From Nymphaea colorata (Eukaryota), in assembly GCF_008831285.2 (NCBI RefSeq), contig NC_045138.2:1550001-1614000 (forward strand): 64,000 nt of DNA. The letters are read 5' to 3'. This document shows positions 14,000 to 27,544 of the stretch, in pieces; the first letter of the stretch is position 1, and each line of letters opens with the position of its first letter. The position numbers and the translations under genes were made by a program. The notes beneath the pieces were generated by a model, which was not told the DNA's origin, made no database searches, and saw only the letters and a program-made list of their open reading frames with translations.

Positions 14000-14253
14000 G
14001 ATCCCTAATGATCTCATGAAATGTTGTTTTGGATCTGGGCATGCATTTTAACGTACTGGATCTCTAACTAAAGAACGCCTTTCAAGCCGACTACACACCT
14101 GGTTTCACCTTTATATCATCAAAAGAATTAACTTTTCCGGACTAACCTATGGTCAATTCATCAAATGGTTATTACGATATTGTGCATGGATTTGTTTGGA
14201 TCTGTGTTATACTAGCCATTATGGCATCTGACTAATTGGACATTGGTGAAACA
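14000..14253 (+). repeat. ~250-bp dispersed repeat, also at 32491-32735 and 53711-53955
   Basis: gatccct.atgatctcatg.aatgttgttttggatctgggcatgc...gacattggtgaaaca aligns across all three sites. Confidence 0.9.
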
Positions 14254-14879
14254 GGAAACTGCCCTTAGTAAGTTAAACATGTTTTCTTACTATTACAAAA
14301 ATTTTTACCTCTATGTTTCTAAAGTTTTACTCCAATAATACATGTGTACAATGGGAAAGAGGCAGGATTAGTACTCAAAAGTCCAGCCAATGTAGCCCTT
14401 CCCACTTGACAAGGAGTTTTCTTTAGAAATCGAAGACTAATCTAAGATCTGCACCACGTATTAAAAAGAAAAAAAGGACATTGATTTGATGTATGATTGG
14501 ATGGGGGTTGATGGATTGCCCTGGATCGATCGATTCTCAATTAAGATTCTCACGATTTCAGATCCATGGATTCATGATCAGAGCTTTCTCTCACTAGTCT
14601 TAAATAAAATAAGGATGTCACGAGTAGATATTAGGTTTACCCTGAAATCCTTACTTCAAAGAACCATCTATGTTGTTATAACAGTAAAAGCATATCACAT
14701 TGATCCATGGTCGAAGCCAAAGGGGCCCTGCATGAGCCCTAGCCACACCTCAATTTAAAAAAAAAAATTACATGTAAATTTTAAAAAATTTTACTTGTCA
14801 TATATAAAATTTTGAAATTTAAGTTAGGAGCCAAATTCTCATCACGTCTCCATTGCCAACATTCAATAATGTTTGCCAA

Positions 14880-17800
14880 ACCATACAATGTGAACATGCT
14901 CGCCGTTAGTGACTCAAATGAGAAGCTAGCATGTCATGTACAAGCGACAACATCAAAAACTGATTTAAAAAATAGTGGTGGAAATAATTTTCAGCACAAC
15001 CAAAACAAGATGTGGTGCACATATTATAAAAAAAGGACATCTCAAGGAAAAATGTTGGGATCTGATTGGACATTCCACAAGGGAGAAGCCAATGTCCTTC
15101 ATCACAGCATACTTTGTTACTAAGGAAGAAATAGAAAATTTTTTGCAGAACTTTTCAAAGACAAATCTGATGTCAACACAGCCCTTTGGAAATATGGCAG
15201 AAAGTAAATCCCAACCTCTTTTTACTCAAGAAAAAAATTCTGATTGGATTATCGACTCCGGTGCTATGGAACACTTGACATTTGATTCTTCTAGGCTAAC
15301 TAATTTTATTAAAAACATTGGTAAGCATGCTTATACAGCTGATGGCTCTCCAATATTGGTTGACTAAGTTGGAGAGGTGAGTTTTCTTGGGAGGAACAAA
15401 AGATCTAGTGTTGTTTACACACTGTTATCACCCCAAATTTTTCCAAAAATACTGTATTCGCATTTAATCCTACACCCAAAACAAATTTGCAACTATTCGA
15501 TCTAAAACAAATTTTTAAACCTAAGTCTCGATCCAAATCAAACATTTCAAACTCAAAATCCCAAATTGAGTTGAAAATGACAAAGTCTGGTGCTATGAGT
15601 ACCGCTCACATGCAGAGACCATCCTCTTGTCTTATGCTTCAACTGAATCCGCACTCAAAACGATCTCGGAGTAGCTTAAAACAGAGTCGGCCGCCCACTT
15701 CTAACAAAAAACTTTCTTTACACATTTTAAATTAAAAAAAATGTTTTACGTTTCTTATATAGACCACATTTTTTTAATTTTGTTTTATTAGATTTTATTT
15801 TTTTAAATGAATTTGTGCGTCCTGCGAGGCTCGCGTCCGATCGCACACACGCGCTGCCGAGGCGTCCTCTGGGACCTACTTAGTGCGCAGGCCCCATTTT
15901 TCTTCGAAAACTGATCTTTGGAGGGCATTTTTGAACTTTTTAAGTGGGCATTAGCTCTACCTACACATCAGCCATGGATTTTCAGGCCTAGTGGCCAATC
16001 ATACCCATTTCAAACCCTTTTTTTTCAAAATAATTAAAAATCATTTGAAATTCACATGAAAATCTTGTAAAATTCAAAAGAATTTAAATTTTGAGTTTTG
16101 GCTCCAAAACTCCCTATAAATACTCCCACAATCCTCCCTCTTCAACATGAGCCAACCATAGAGGAACCTCTTGTGCTTCCTCACTTGAAATTCTAAATTT
16201 TCCTTAGCTCTTTCTTTCCATTTCTCTCTTCTTCTCCAACCTTGGGAGCAAATATTCTCCAAGTTCAAATTCTTCAAAAGAGCACAAAGAAATCTCTTTG
16301 TGATTCATCATCTTAGAGCTTCATCTTAGGTGACTCCAAGATCATTCAAAAGAGAGAGCTTATTTGTAATAATATTCACATTCGAGGTGTGTAATCTTCC
16401 TCTTTTTCTCTTACCACCTTCCCATGGCCATGCAAGAAAGCTCATCTTATCTGGAATCGAGAGTTATATCTTGAGTGCATTGGGATTATGAACAAGACAA
16501 AATAAATTCTATTTCTCCATTTATCTCCAAAAATATGCTTGCTACATTGTCTTACTCCGTATATATGCTTGAGACGATGTTCATGCATGATATTCTAGTT
16601 TTTCCTTAATTAATGAGCAAATGCACAATGAGAATGAGTGCTTGGGATTGAGATTTGTTCATTCTTGGGTTGATTTTTGAGGTTGGGACTAGTCCAACCT
16701 GGGAAAGCCCTTTACAAATTTGTACATGTTAAAGTGCATCTTCATGTTATTTTCACGCTTAGTTTATTTGTTAATCACCCGATTAGGAACCCTAATGAGT
16801 GCTTCGTCATTCCCCATTTCATGTATTTTTTATTTTCTTTCGTACCCAATCGTGGGAGAAATCAATTTTCTTGTAATGCTTGTGGTTTTTATTTACACAC
16901 AAAAATATTTGGAATCATGTTTTCCAAAAGATTTTCAAAACCAAATACCCTATTTAATACGGCTTTGGAGACTTAACTTTGGTTCTTGCATGAGCCCAAG
17001 TTTCTCTCCGGCTTATATTAAAAATTGAAGTCGGTTATTTTCAATTCATTTCTTGATTTTAATACTCATGAAGACATATGTGTATATACATGTTATATAT
17101 GTACATGTGCACATGAATATCTTTTTTCGTCTTTCTCTCTTTATGATTTAACATGATTTTATAAACTCTTATATACGTATATATGAATATATATACGTGT
17201 ATTACATTTTAAAATCTTTCTTTCTTTTAAATCTTTGATTTTTTGATTTTCAAGATCTCTTTCTCTCTCTCCTTCTCTATATTTCTCTTGTTATAAAATT
17301 TTTCATATTTTCAATTCTTTTGAATATTTTTCTCTTATGATCTTTTCGTTTACCGAATTCATCAAGACCAAAACTCAAACAATGACCCAATATTGGAATC
17401 ATGCTTAAGGGTCTACAACCCCATTCCATTTTCAAAAACTTTTCTTTTTTCATCAAAATGTTTATTATAAAAATCTTAGATGTATGTTATGTTAGGAATG
17501 TTTCTAAATGAATGTTGTGGTAGGAATGAATTATTTCCTTTTAATCATATAGGATCAATGCATTCATGCATTCTCACTTACTCAATATCACTTATGATCA
17601 TAAGCACCTCTCTAAAGAACTTAAGTCAGATGAGATAGAGCTTTAACTAGGTAATAATCAAATTAGAGCAAAATCTCAAACCAACTTAAAATCTTCAGAG
17701 AACACTAAAATGACTTTACAATGATTTCACAAGCTTTTCAAACGATAATTGCAAAGATTTCCCAACTCTAGTTTTCTCTAAAATGTTTCACATTCTCAAG

Positions 17801-18780
17801 TAATTCTTCAAGAATCTTTTTAAAGTTTGAACAATCAAACTTTCAACATTTCTCTCAAACACTACACCGCATATAAAATGAAAAATATGTTTAAGCCAAA
17901 ATGAAGTGCATCAAGGATAAACATAGGCCTTGGATTGATTACCCCCTGCAAAGGCACCAAGAACGGTCGATCCTCGTATCGACGGGCAAATACCTTTCTC
18001 TCTCATTAAAAAAAAAAACTCATTTTTCTGGAGCACTCCAAAAAGCAACCAAAATTCTTGGGATGCAAACACACACCTAAACCCTCTGCTAGTCTTGTAT
18101 CTGTGAGCAAGATTATTGAAGCTTATCATAACTGATTAGCCATTTTTTCCCACGAGAATGTGATTTTCCAAGATCGGAGACAAAGAGGGAAATTGGTAGA
18201 CGTTGAGAGCATAATGGGCTGTATGTCATGGACAGCTTCAAGCCAATTCGTTCTATGAAAGTCACCAGTAGTTAAAGAGCTTCAGAGTATGATCTGTGGC
18301 ATTCACGCTTAGGTAAACATTAAACTCGCTTGTTCCAAGCATCATTTTTTATGGTCACGCCCGTGATGCTTGTGAATTCCCTATGTCCATTAGACTCCAT
18401 TTTCAAAGTACTCGCTAAAGATTTATTGGGTTGTTTTGTTTAGCTCATTCTGATATTTCGGCCTTGTCCCCATGAATTTTCATTTTGGATACAAGTATTA
18501 TGTTTTCTTTATTGGTGGCACGAGTCGCATGACATGCTTATACTTTCCCAAAATTTAAAATTGAAGTTGCTAAAGTTTGTGAGGAATTTTATGTACTTTT
18601 ACACACTCATTATGATGCAAAGATAAACTCTAATTGGATAAGAGATGAGAATATATTAATAATATTCTACATGACTTTATTAAAAGGAAAGGCACTCAAC
18701 CTCAGCTCACTACTGTTGGAACTCCACAGCAAAATGGAGTTGCCAAACGAATAAACCAGCAGCTGCTTGAAGTAGCTAGA
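14880..18780 (+). mobile_element. Decayed Ty1/copia gag-protease-integrase, split by a solo LTR and truncated in integrase
   Basis: Degenerate zinc knuckle (GHLKEKCWDLIG), protease WIIDSGA, WHSRLG after 18077, integrase GTPQQNGVAKR near 18715-18780; stops and frameshifts. Confidence 0.8.
15423..18071 (+). mobile_element. Solo LTR (2649 bp), Ogre/Tat-like, with 5-bp TSD CACAC
   Basis: TGTTATCACCCC...GGATGCAAACA termini; CACAC at 15418-15422 and 18072-18076; host copia coding resumes after it. Confidence 0.88.
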
Positions 18781-19959
18781 TGTTCGCATCCACAAATATT
18801 TTTGGTTTTTGGAGTGCTCTAGGAAATGAGGTTTTGTTTTGAAATGAAAAAGTAAGGGACTCGCCCGTTGGTACGAGGATCGACTCTTCTTGGCCCTTTT
18901 ACGAGGGTTAATCAATCCAATGGCTATGTTTATTTTTTATTGTAATTCATTTTTGCTTAAACATCTTTTTCATTCTAAGTGTGGTGCAGTATTTGAAAAA
19001 ATATTGAAGACTTGATATTTCAAATTTTTGAGAATATTTTGAAGAATCATTTGAGGGTCTAAAACATTTTTGATTTGGAAAATCCTGAATTGATAAATCA
19101 TTACAAATATTGTTTGAAAACATTTGAAGATCATCTTTTAGAAATCACTTTGGTGTTCTCTTTAGACTTTAAACAGGTTTGAGGTTTTGCTCTAATTTGG
19201 TTACTACCTAATTAGAGCTTTATCTCATATTGCTTAAGTTCTTTTAAAGATATGTTTGTAATCATTTATGATGCTAAGTGAATGTGAATGTACGAATGTC
19301 TTGATCCTATATTATTAAAATGGAATCATTCATTCCTACCATGACATTTATATAAGAGCATTTCTACCACCACATACATCTAAGATTTTTGTTTCATAAT
19401 TGTCATAAATATTTTTATGAAAAAAGAAAATTTTTTGAAAATAGAATGAGGTTGTAAATCATCAAGCATGAATCCAATATTGAATCATTACTTGAGTTTT
19501 GGTCTTTGTGAAGTTGGTAAATAAAAAGATCTTGAGAGAAAAATATTCTAGAGAATGAAAAAGATGAAAGACTTGAATGTAAGAGAATGTGGAGAAAAAG
19601 AGAGAGAATGAGATTTTGAAAATCACAAAATAAAATATTTTTTAAAAGGAAGAGAAATACATATACATATACATATTTATATATATGTATATCAAAGCTT
19701 TATAAAAAGAAAGTATCAAATCTAATGGAGACAGAGAAGAAGAATTTAAAAAGAGAGAGAGAGAGAGAGAGAGATTTTATATAAAAGAGATTTGTAGAGG
19801 AAAAGAGACTCTAGAGAGAGAGGGAGATTCTAAAGAGATAGAGAGAAAGATACACGTATATATATTTATATATATGTGTATGAGATTTTGTAAAAGAATA
19901 TGTTGAATCATAAAAAAAGAAAGACAAAGGATAGACAGTCATGTGCATGTATACATATA

Positions 19960-20006
<47 letters not shown>

Positions 20007-21988
20007 AAGCATTGAAATCGAGAAATGATTTAAAAATATCCAACTTCAATTTTTATGTAGGTCAAAAAGGAACTTGGACTTATGCAAGAGCCTAAGCAAA
20101 CTCTCCAATGCCGCATTAAAAATGGTATTTGCTTTTGAAAATCTTTTAAAAAATATGATTTCAAATATTTTATATATTAACATAAAATCATGATTGTTTG
20201 TCAGAAAAGAACATATCTCTTCCACCATTAGGCATGGAAGAAAATCAAATATACATGAAAAGAAGAGCAACATGACAAAACACTCATTAAGATCCCTAAT
20301 TGGATTATTAAAAAAGAAACTAATCATGAGAATGACAAGAAGAATGCATATTAACATGTACATATATGTGAAGGGTTTTCTTGAGTTGGACAAATCCCAA
20401 CCTAAAAAATTAACATAAGATAAAGTAACTCCAACTCACACTCATTCTTGCCGTGCATTTGCTCATTACTCAACAAAATTAGTATATCACGCATGAACAT
20501 TATCTCATACATATAACAAGCATATTTTTGGAAAGAAATTAAAAATTAGAATTTATTCCACCTTGATCATACTCCCAGTTCACTGAAGAATAGCTCTTGA
20601 CTCCAGAAAGGAAATCATTTGAGCTTTCTTGCACAACCATGAGGAGGTGGCAAGAGGCAATGAAAATAAAGATGGAGGATTACATACCTCGAATATAGAT
20701 GAGCCTCATCCTTTGAATGATTTTATGATCACCTCGAATGAATCTCCAAAATCATGAAAATATCCCTTCAAGAGGTCTCCTTGCACTCTTTTGAAGAGTT
20801 TGAACTTGAAGAACTTTGCTACCAAGGTTGGAGAAGAAAAAAAAATGGAAAGAGATAGGCAACGGAAAATCAAAAATTTCAAGTGAGGAAGCATTAGAGA
20901 TTCCTCTATGCTTGGTTTATGCACAAGTGGAAGGATTGTGGGGGTATCTATGGAGCGTTTTGGATCCAAAATTCAAAATTCAATTTTTTTTTGAATTTAA
21001 CAAGATTTTCATGCGAATTTCAAGTATTTTTGAATGATTTTAATTTTTTTAATTGAAAATTGGTTTAACCAAGTGAGATTGACCATTAGCCCTGCCAATA
21101 CCCTTTGGGATGAGGGCAAGTCTATTGCCTACCCCAAGAGACCAAAACCACCCCTGCGTAGTCGGTTTGGACACTGTTGTGCGCCAGTGCACAACAGCGC
21201 CCAGCACTGTGTCGAGGGGCATGTGGCAGCGCTCGTCGCACGACACACGGTCGGGTGACTGCACGTCTTGTGACACGCCATTATTTAATTTAAAAAAAAA
21301 GAAATAGCATGAAATAAAAATGGTATAAAATGAGATAAAATGAAATAAAAGAAGATAAAATAAGTAAATAAATAAAAAATTATGTTCATATAAAAGACAT
21401 AAACTATTATTTCTTTATTTAAAAGGTGTATAAAATTGGTTTTTCTTATAAATGTGTGGCCAACTCTATTTTGAGTCACTTCGGGCTGGTTTTCAATCTA
21501 GACTGGGTTCAAATTGTCGTAGATGCATTCTACTCAGTGATTTAAGCTCAAAAACATATTTTTAGCACAAGGACGAGATATAAAACAAAGGAAAGGTTTG
21601 GGTGTGCATGTGCGGTGCTCAATAGCATCAAATTTCGTTGTTTTGATATTGATTTTAGATCTTGAGTTTGAAATTCTTGATTTGGAACTAAACATGGATT
21701 TTGGGTCTAATTTGGATTCGATAGTTGGATTTTTGGTCGAGGTCTCAAAACCAAAAGGGCATGGAAACATATAAGAAGTTTGAATCTCGCATCTAGAGTT
21801 GGGTTTTGAATTTGAATTTTGTGTTTGGGTTTAGACAAGGGTTTAGAAATTCATTATGGATTGAATAGTCGGAATTTGTTTTGGGTCTAGGATAGGGCTT
21901 AAGGCCCAGAAATTAAATCCAGATGAAATAATTGAGATTTGAGAGAAAATGAAGTACACACCTTTTTTGAAAAATTGGGGTGATAATA
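18781..21988 (-). mobile_element. 3' LTR of the same Ogre/Tat-like family, followed by internal sequence
   Basis: Begins tgttcgcatcc, ends ggggtgataata; collinear with the reverse complement of 15423-18071; adjacent sequence resembles the PPT-side flank after 26641. Confidence 0.8.
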
Positions 21989-22109
21989 GATGTCTCACTT
22001 TGTTACTAAGCTGGCATTTGCTGCGCTTAGTGGCAAAGATAAGCACCACAAAATTTGAATAATGAAAATTTTGGCTAAAAAGCTTAAAATGTCGGAACTA
22101 CATTTCAAG

Positions 22110-22390
22110 TTTAACCCTTTGCCCTGAATGGGTTGTTTGACCTTATGTAAACCCTTGCCTGAGGTTTGCCGAAATTGAATTTAATTTAACTCCCTTGAAT
22201 TGATTGCCTTGGCTTGTATTGCAATATTAACTCCTTACCTACGTGGGTTGCTCTGGCTTGCATTACAGGTTTAACCCCTTACCTGCGTAGGTTGTTTTAG
22301 CTTTGCATTGCAGGTTTAAACCTTTACTTGTATGGGTTGCTCTTTTGTCCATAATTTCAGGCTTAACCTCTTTCTTCAATGGGTTGCTCG
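22110..22390. repeat. Degenerate ~43-bp tandem array in the retroelement 3' internal region
   Basis: Recurrent ttaacccctt.cct..gtgggttgct...gcattgcaggt units. Confidence 0.7.
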
Positions 22391-24967
22391 ATAACAAGTG
22401 TCAATGCTAGGAAAGAATCTTCATCACCTTGAATACCTTTGTTGAAGCTGAGAATGAAACCCTATTGCTCTTCCAATGGTTGTGACAAGAAAACTTCCTG
22501 TCACCTCGAGTGCTTTTGGGGGAAATTTTTGTTTTCACGAAAAGCTCGATTTTGAACTTGCTTAGGAAAATTCCCCAAACCAGCGCTTGGGCTGAGCTTG
22601 CTTTGAAAAGCCATTGACCAAATGACCAAGTTGTGCTTGTTCCATAAGTTTCCCTTGTCCAATGACATAGTTGAGCTAACTTCGGAATGCTCTAAATCTA
22701 GAGGTGGGATTGCGCTTGATCAGATCTTTAGCTTAGTAGCTGAATTGGTTTGATTGAGATATGACCTACACAAAGAAAGAGGGTAGTTTCAAAATATATG
22801 TCACAAAAGCAATTTAGAAGTGCCTCAAAATATTCATAATTTAAAAAATACCCCAGTGTTAGCAATTGTCATGATTGATAAGTGATAGGATATGATTTAA
22901 AACAGAATGTGCTAATGTACTCGGTAAAAGAAGGTGGTTGAATCTTAGATTGGGACTGAGGAGAAGAAAATAATGGAAAATGCCTTGGTGTTAACAATTG
23001 TCATGACTGAAAAGTGATAGGATATGATTCAAAACAGAATGTGATAAGTACTAGGTAAAAGATAAATGGTTGATATCTTGGATTGAGACTGAGCCAAAAA
23101 AAAGAAGGAAAATGCCCCTTTCAAAGAAGGTGTGGACACAACTATATAAAGAAACTTTATATATTTCTTGCTAATAAGGAAATGAGAATGAAAGGTAATA
23201 ACATGTGTACAAACTCAGATATGAAAGAATTTTCGATTTGTATTTAATGACAAGCAATTGGGACAAAGCCTGCAGAAAAGGCAATTGGGACAAAGCCTAC
23301 AGAAAAGGAATTTGTTGTAAGAATATGATTGGTAAATAGTGATTTTCATAGCGAGATATCAAGTTGATAATATTTCAAATTAATATAGAAAAACAAAAAA
23401 AATACGAGTGATTTATTACTTGTGAAGAATTTTAATTTTGAAAGGATTAAATTTTAAGCAGAGTGTAAATATATGAGGTTTGATTCATGAAGATATTGAC
23501 TCAATAGGTGTGAATGAATAAGTCAAACTCAAGTGTTGGACAATTGAAAATAGAATATACTGGAGTAAAGCAAAGATTGGCATTCAACTTGAAATAAATG
23601 ATGACCCAATCAAATCACAGAAGTAATAAAATAGGAGGAAAGACATATTATGGGTATTGAACCTAGAAAATTATTTGGCTAAATTTAAATGAAGAAAAAT
23701 GCATGACCTGAGTCAAGCAAAGTTGGTAATTGAGCCAATAGATGGGTATCATGTTCAAGAATAGAAGGTTTAACAAATAAATAAATGAGAGATTGACAAG
23801 ATATGATAAAATGTAGATTTTGAAGTAATTCTAGAAAAGGGACTTGCCAAGGAATAATTGATGACCTACCAAAATTATGAAAGTAGTAAAATTGGAGGGA
23901 AGTCACACTATAGGTATTGAAGCTAAAAAATTTTTGGCTAAGTATAAATGAGGGGAAAAAATGAATGACTTGGGTCAAGCAAAGTTGGTAATTGAACCAA
24001 TAGATGACTCTCATGTTCACTAATAGAATGTTAGATAGATGAATAAGTGAGGGATTGCCAAGGTATGATAAAATATAGATTTTGAAGCAATTTAGAAAAA
24101 AATGGACTTTTTGAATGGTAGTATTTGGATAATCAATGTCACTTAGGTAGTAGGGTTGAAGCACGATTTTATGACGTGGTCATGTTGAAGACTATAGAAA
24201 TTATCAAAGAAGACAAGACATTAATTCAAATGATGAAGATGAAATGTAAAATTGTTGAATTGATCAAGGAGTGCTTGGAAGGCACACATGCACTCATCAT
24301 ATAATGATAAACAACCAATATTTTCTAAAGTCACATTTACCATCCATCATGTAGCTTAGTTTGATCAATTATGAATATTCCATATAAAATATGCCAATAT
24401 ACCTTCAACAGTGGCCCTAGTACGAGCATAGACTCTACCATTAACCAAATAAGATCTGGGTTTCTCATGTCTCCTTGGTCACCCGTCAATATACCATAAG
24501 TTATCACTCATAGTATGAACGAGAGAGTTTTCCCGCCCAATGTATGGTCCAGTTGTAAGGCTTAGTCTTTTGCTACCACCTAAGACCAAGACAACATGAT
24601 AACTGAGAGAAATAGGTATTGGAAGTTTTTGAAATATGAGCAAGCATGCAAAACCGGTTGTCTCTAATACAATGTTTTCTATTGACAATGATTAAAATAA
24701 ATAGAAGATCAAAGATTATTTTCAATCAAGTCTTAAATTGAAGAGGATTATATTTCATCTTAGATCTATGTAAATATGATTAATCTTCCTCAATTAGACT
24801 AAATGCAAGACAGCAAACAATAAGGAATGTAATGAAATTCTGATGCAGTCAAGGTCAAAGAAAGGAATATGCTTTATCATCAGCAATATATGAGATGTTC
24901 AAGTTTGTCAAAATGCATCAATGATAATCATAGCCCCACAATGACGAGTCCCATCACGGTCGTCATC

Positions 24968-26641
24968 TATTTGCAACTCCAAAAATTTTTTGTTTTTTGA
25001 GTGCTCCAAGAAAATGAGGTTTTGTTTTGAAATGAAAGAGAAAGGGACTCACTCGTCGGTACAAGGATCGACCATTCTTAGAGCCTTTGTCGGGGATAAT
25101 CAATCCAAGAGCTATGCTTATTTTTTATGCATTTCACTTTTGCTTAAACATCTTTTTCATTCTAAATATCGTGCAGTGTTTTGAGAAAATATTTAAGATT
25201 TGATATTTCAAAATTTTGAGCATGTTAAAAAGAATCATTTGAGGTTGTATGATTTGGAAAATCTTGAATTGAAAGATCTTTACAAATATTGTTTGGAAAC
25301 ATTTGAAGATCATCATTTGGAAATCACTTTGGCATTCTCTTAAGACTTCAAGTAGGTTTGATGTTTTCTTCGAATTTGGTTACTACCTAATTAGAGCTTT
25401 ATCTCATCTTGCTTAAGTTGTTTTAGAAATGTGTTTGCGATCGTTTGTGATGTTAAGTGAATGTGAATGTATGAATGCATTGATCTTACATGACTAAAAT
25501 GGAATCATTCATTCCGACCATAACATTCAATTAAGAGCAGTTCTTCTATTACATACCTCTAAGATTTTTGTTTTATAATTGTCATGAATATTTTTAAGAA
25601 CAAATATTTCATTTATTGTAAGGAAAGTTATATCTCCCACATTGGGTATTGGAGAAAAACAAGCATACATAAAATAGAAAGTTAATAATATACAAAATTT
25701 GTCATTGGGATCCCTAGTCAGATGACTAAAAGAAACGATAAATGTAAGAATCGCATGAAAACACAATTTAACATGTTCACATTCATTAGGGTTCACATTC
25801 GTAAGGGTTTTCTTGTGATGAACAAGTCTCACTTGGGGGTGTTAGCAGGGCTAGTGCCCACCCAACAGACCCAAAATTTTAGCCCAAAACAGGGCTTGCA
25901 TTGGGTGCAGGCCATGCCAGGGTGCGCATGGCCAGGATTGGCCAGACGCGAGGCTAAGGTGTGGTTTCCCCATATTGGCTCATTTTTTGGGCCAACGAGG
26001 GGGGTTTAAAGCTCCTTGGCCCCCTCGGGTAGGGTTCACTAAAAAAATTTAATTTTTATTTTAAATGCACATTTGAAAAGGCAAAATGGTCCTTTTGTTA
26101 AAATGGGTCCAGTTTCAATTTGGGAGGTTTTGGGTACGTTTTAGACTGGGATCTGGTTCGCTCGATCGCAAATGCGTTCTAATCGATGCCCAAGGCTTGA
26201 CTCAAGGGTTAGATGTGTGTTTTGAGCTCAGAACATATTCTTAAAAGTTTTTGGCATAAGGTTGTGACGAAAAACAAAATGGAGGTTTGCAAGGACACAT
26301 GCGACGTTAAAAAGTATCGAAAATTGTTGTGGATCTGTTTCTTAATATGGACTCAATTTTGACTGGCCGGGCTTGATTATGGATCTTGGATATGTATTTC
26401 AGCTTGAAGTGCAAATATTGGATCTCTGACTTGGATTTTGATCTAAATTTGTGTTTGAAGTTGGATTTTGGATTTAAAAGTGCTTTTGGATTTAAATATG
26501 GGTCTAGAGGTCCGTTTTGGGGCAAAATTGGGTCCAAACTCTACAATTTGAAAAAAAATTGCCATAAACATGATTGAAATGACTGAAATAGTGTTTAAAA
26601 AGATGGAGTGTAATCTTTTGGAAAAAATTGGAGTGACAACA
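24968..26641 (-). mobile_element. Ogre/Tat-like 3' LTR with ~0.88 kb internal deletion and adjacent PPT
   Basis: Ends ggagtgacaaca followed by gctgcccttcttt (minus-strand PPT AAAGAAGGGCAGC); deletion near 25832 relative to copy B. Confidence 0.78.
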
Positions 26642-27076
26642 GCTGCCCTTCTTTGCTATTAAGTAGGTGTATGTCGTGCTTAATGGCAAAGATAAGCATC
26701 AGATTTTGAAAACAAAACATCCCTTACCCAAGTGGTCTGGAAGGTACCACATTATATGCTTGATCTCAATGCTAGAAAAAAGAGTAGCGATCGAGGGGAG
26801 TGAACAATAGGAGAAGATTTAATTAATTAAGTCGAAATTAGGTAACATGCTATCACAAAGGGAATCATCAGATGTGATTGGAAACCAGCTTGTATTGAAA
26901 AGCACATAATCATCTCCCAAAGACTAGACATTGTGGTGGTCAAGGAGCCTACTCCAGGTCATCTAAGCTCAATGGACTCAGCTCAAACAAGAATTGTTAA
27001 GTGATCAAGTTTGGGAAATTTGTCTGAAATTGACTCATACAAAGGGATTTAACATTCCTATTAAGAAGGTCAAGCC

Positions 27077-27544
27077 CAGGGATGTCAATATATCGAATTT
27101 GAATTGGATGTATATTTTTCCATATTTGATTTATTGTGTATTGACCTGTTCAAATTTTAAGACGAATATATAAAAGTCTACTATATCATAATTCAATTTT
27201 TAAATTCATAACCCGAGTCCGATTCGAAACCCACATTTATTTTTTGCATCCAAATCCAAATCCAAATCTGACTTTTAAATTTGCAAATTGAATCCCAACC
27301 ATATTGTATATGTTAAAAATTAACTTTCAAAATGTATGGATAATGGATATAAGATATTTGTTTGAAACTGAATCCAGATCCAGATCTAAGCCTGATTCGA
27401 TATTTTTTAAAATTGTATCCACATCCAATAAAATTTTTTCTTACATCTGAATTTGATATGATTCATTAATCATATGTTAATTCTTTTTCTCTACATCAAG
27501 GTTATTTGAAAACGGTTGTCCAAATTCTATTGATTTACATCCCC
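27077..27544. mobile_element. MITE-like element (hAT-like termini); duplicate at ~48348-48777
   Basis: cagggatgtcaat...tttacatcccc imperfect TIRs with internal ggat/atcc-rich motifs; no TSD confirmed. Confidence 0.5.

Noticed and set aside
24380..24760. Possible decayed PIF1/Helitron helicase
   Set aside because: Only vague motif echoes with many stops; needs an HMM search.
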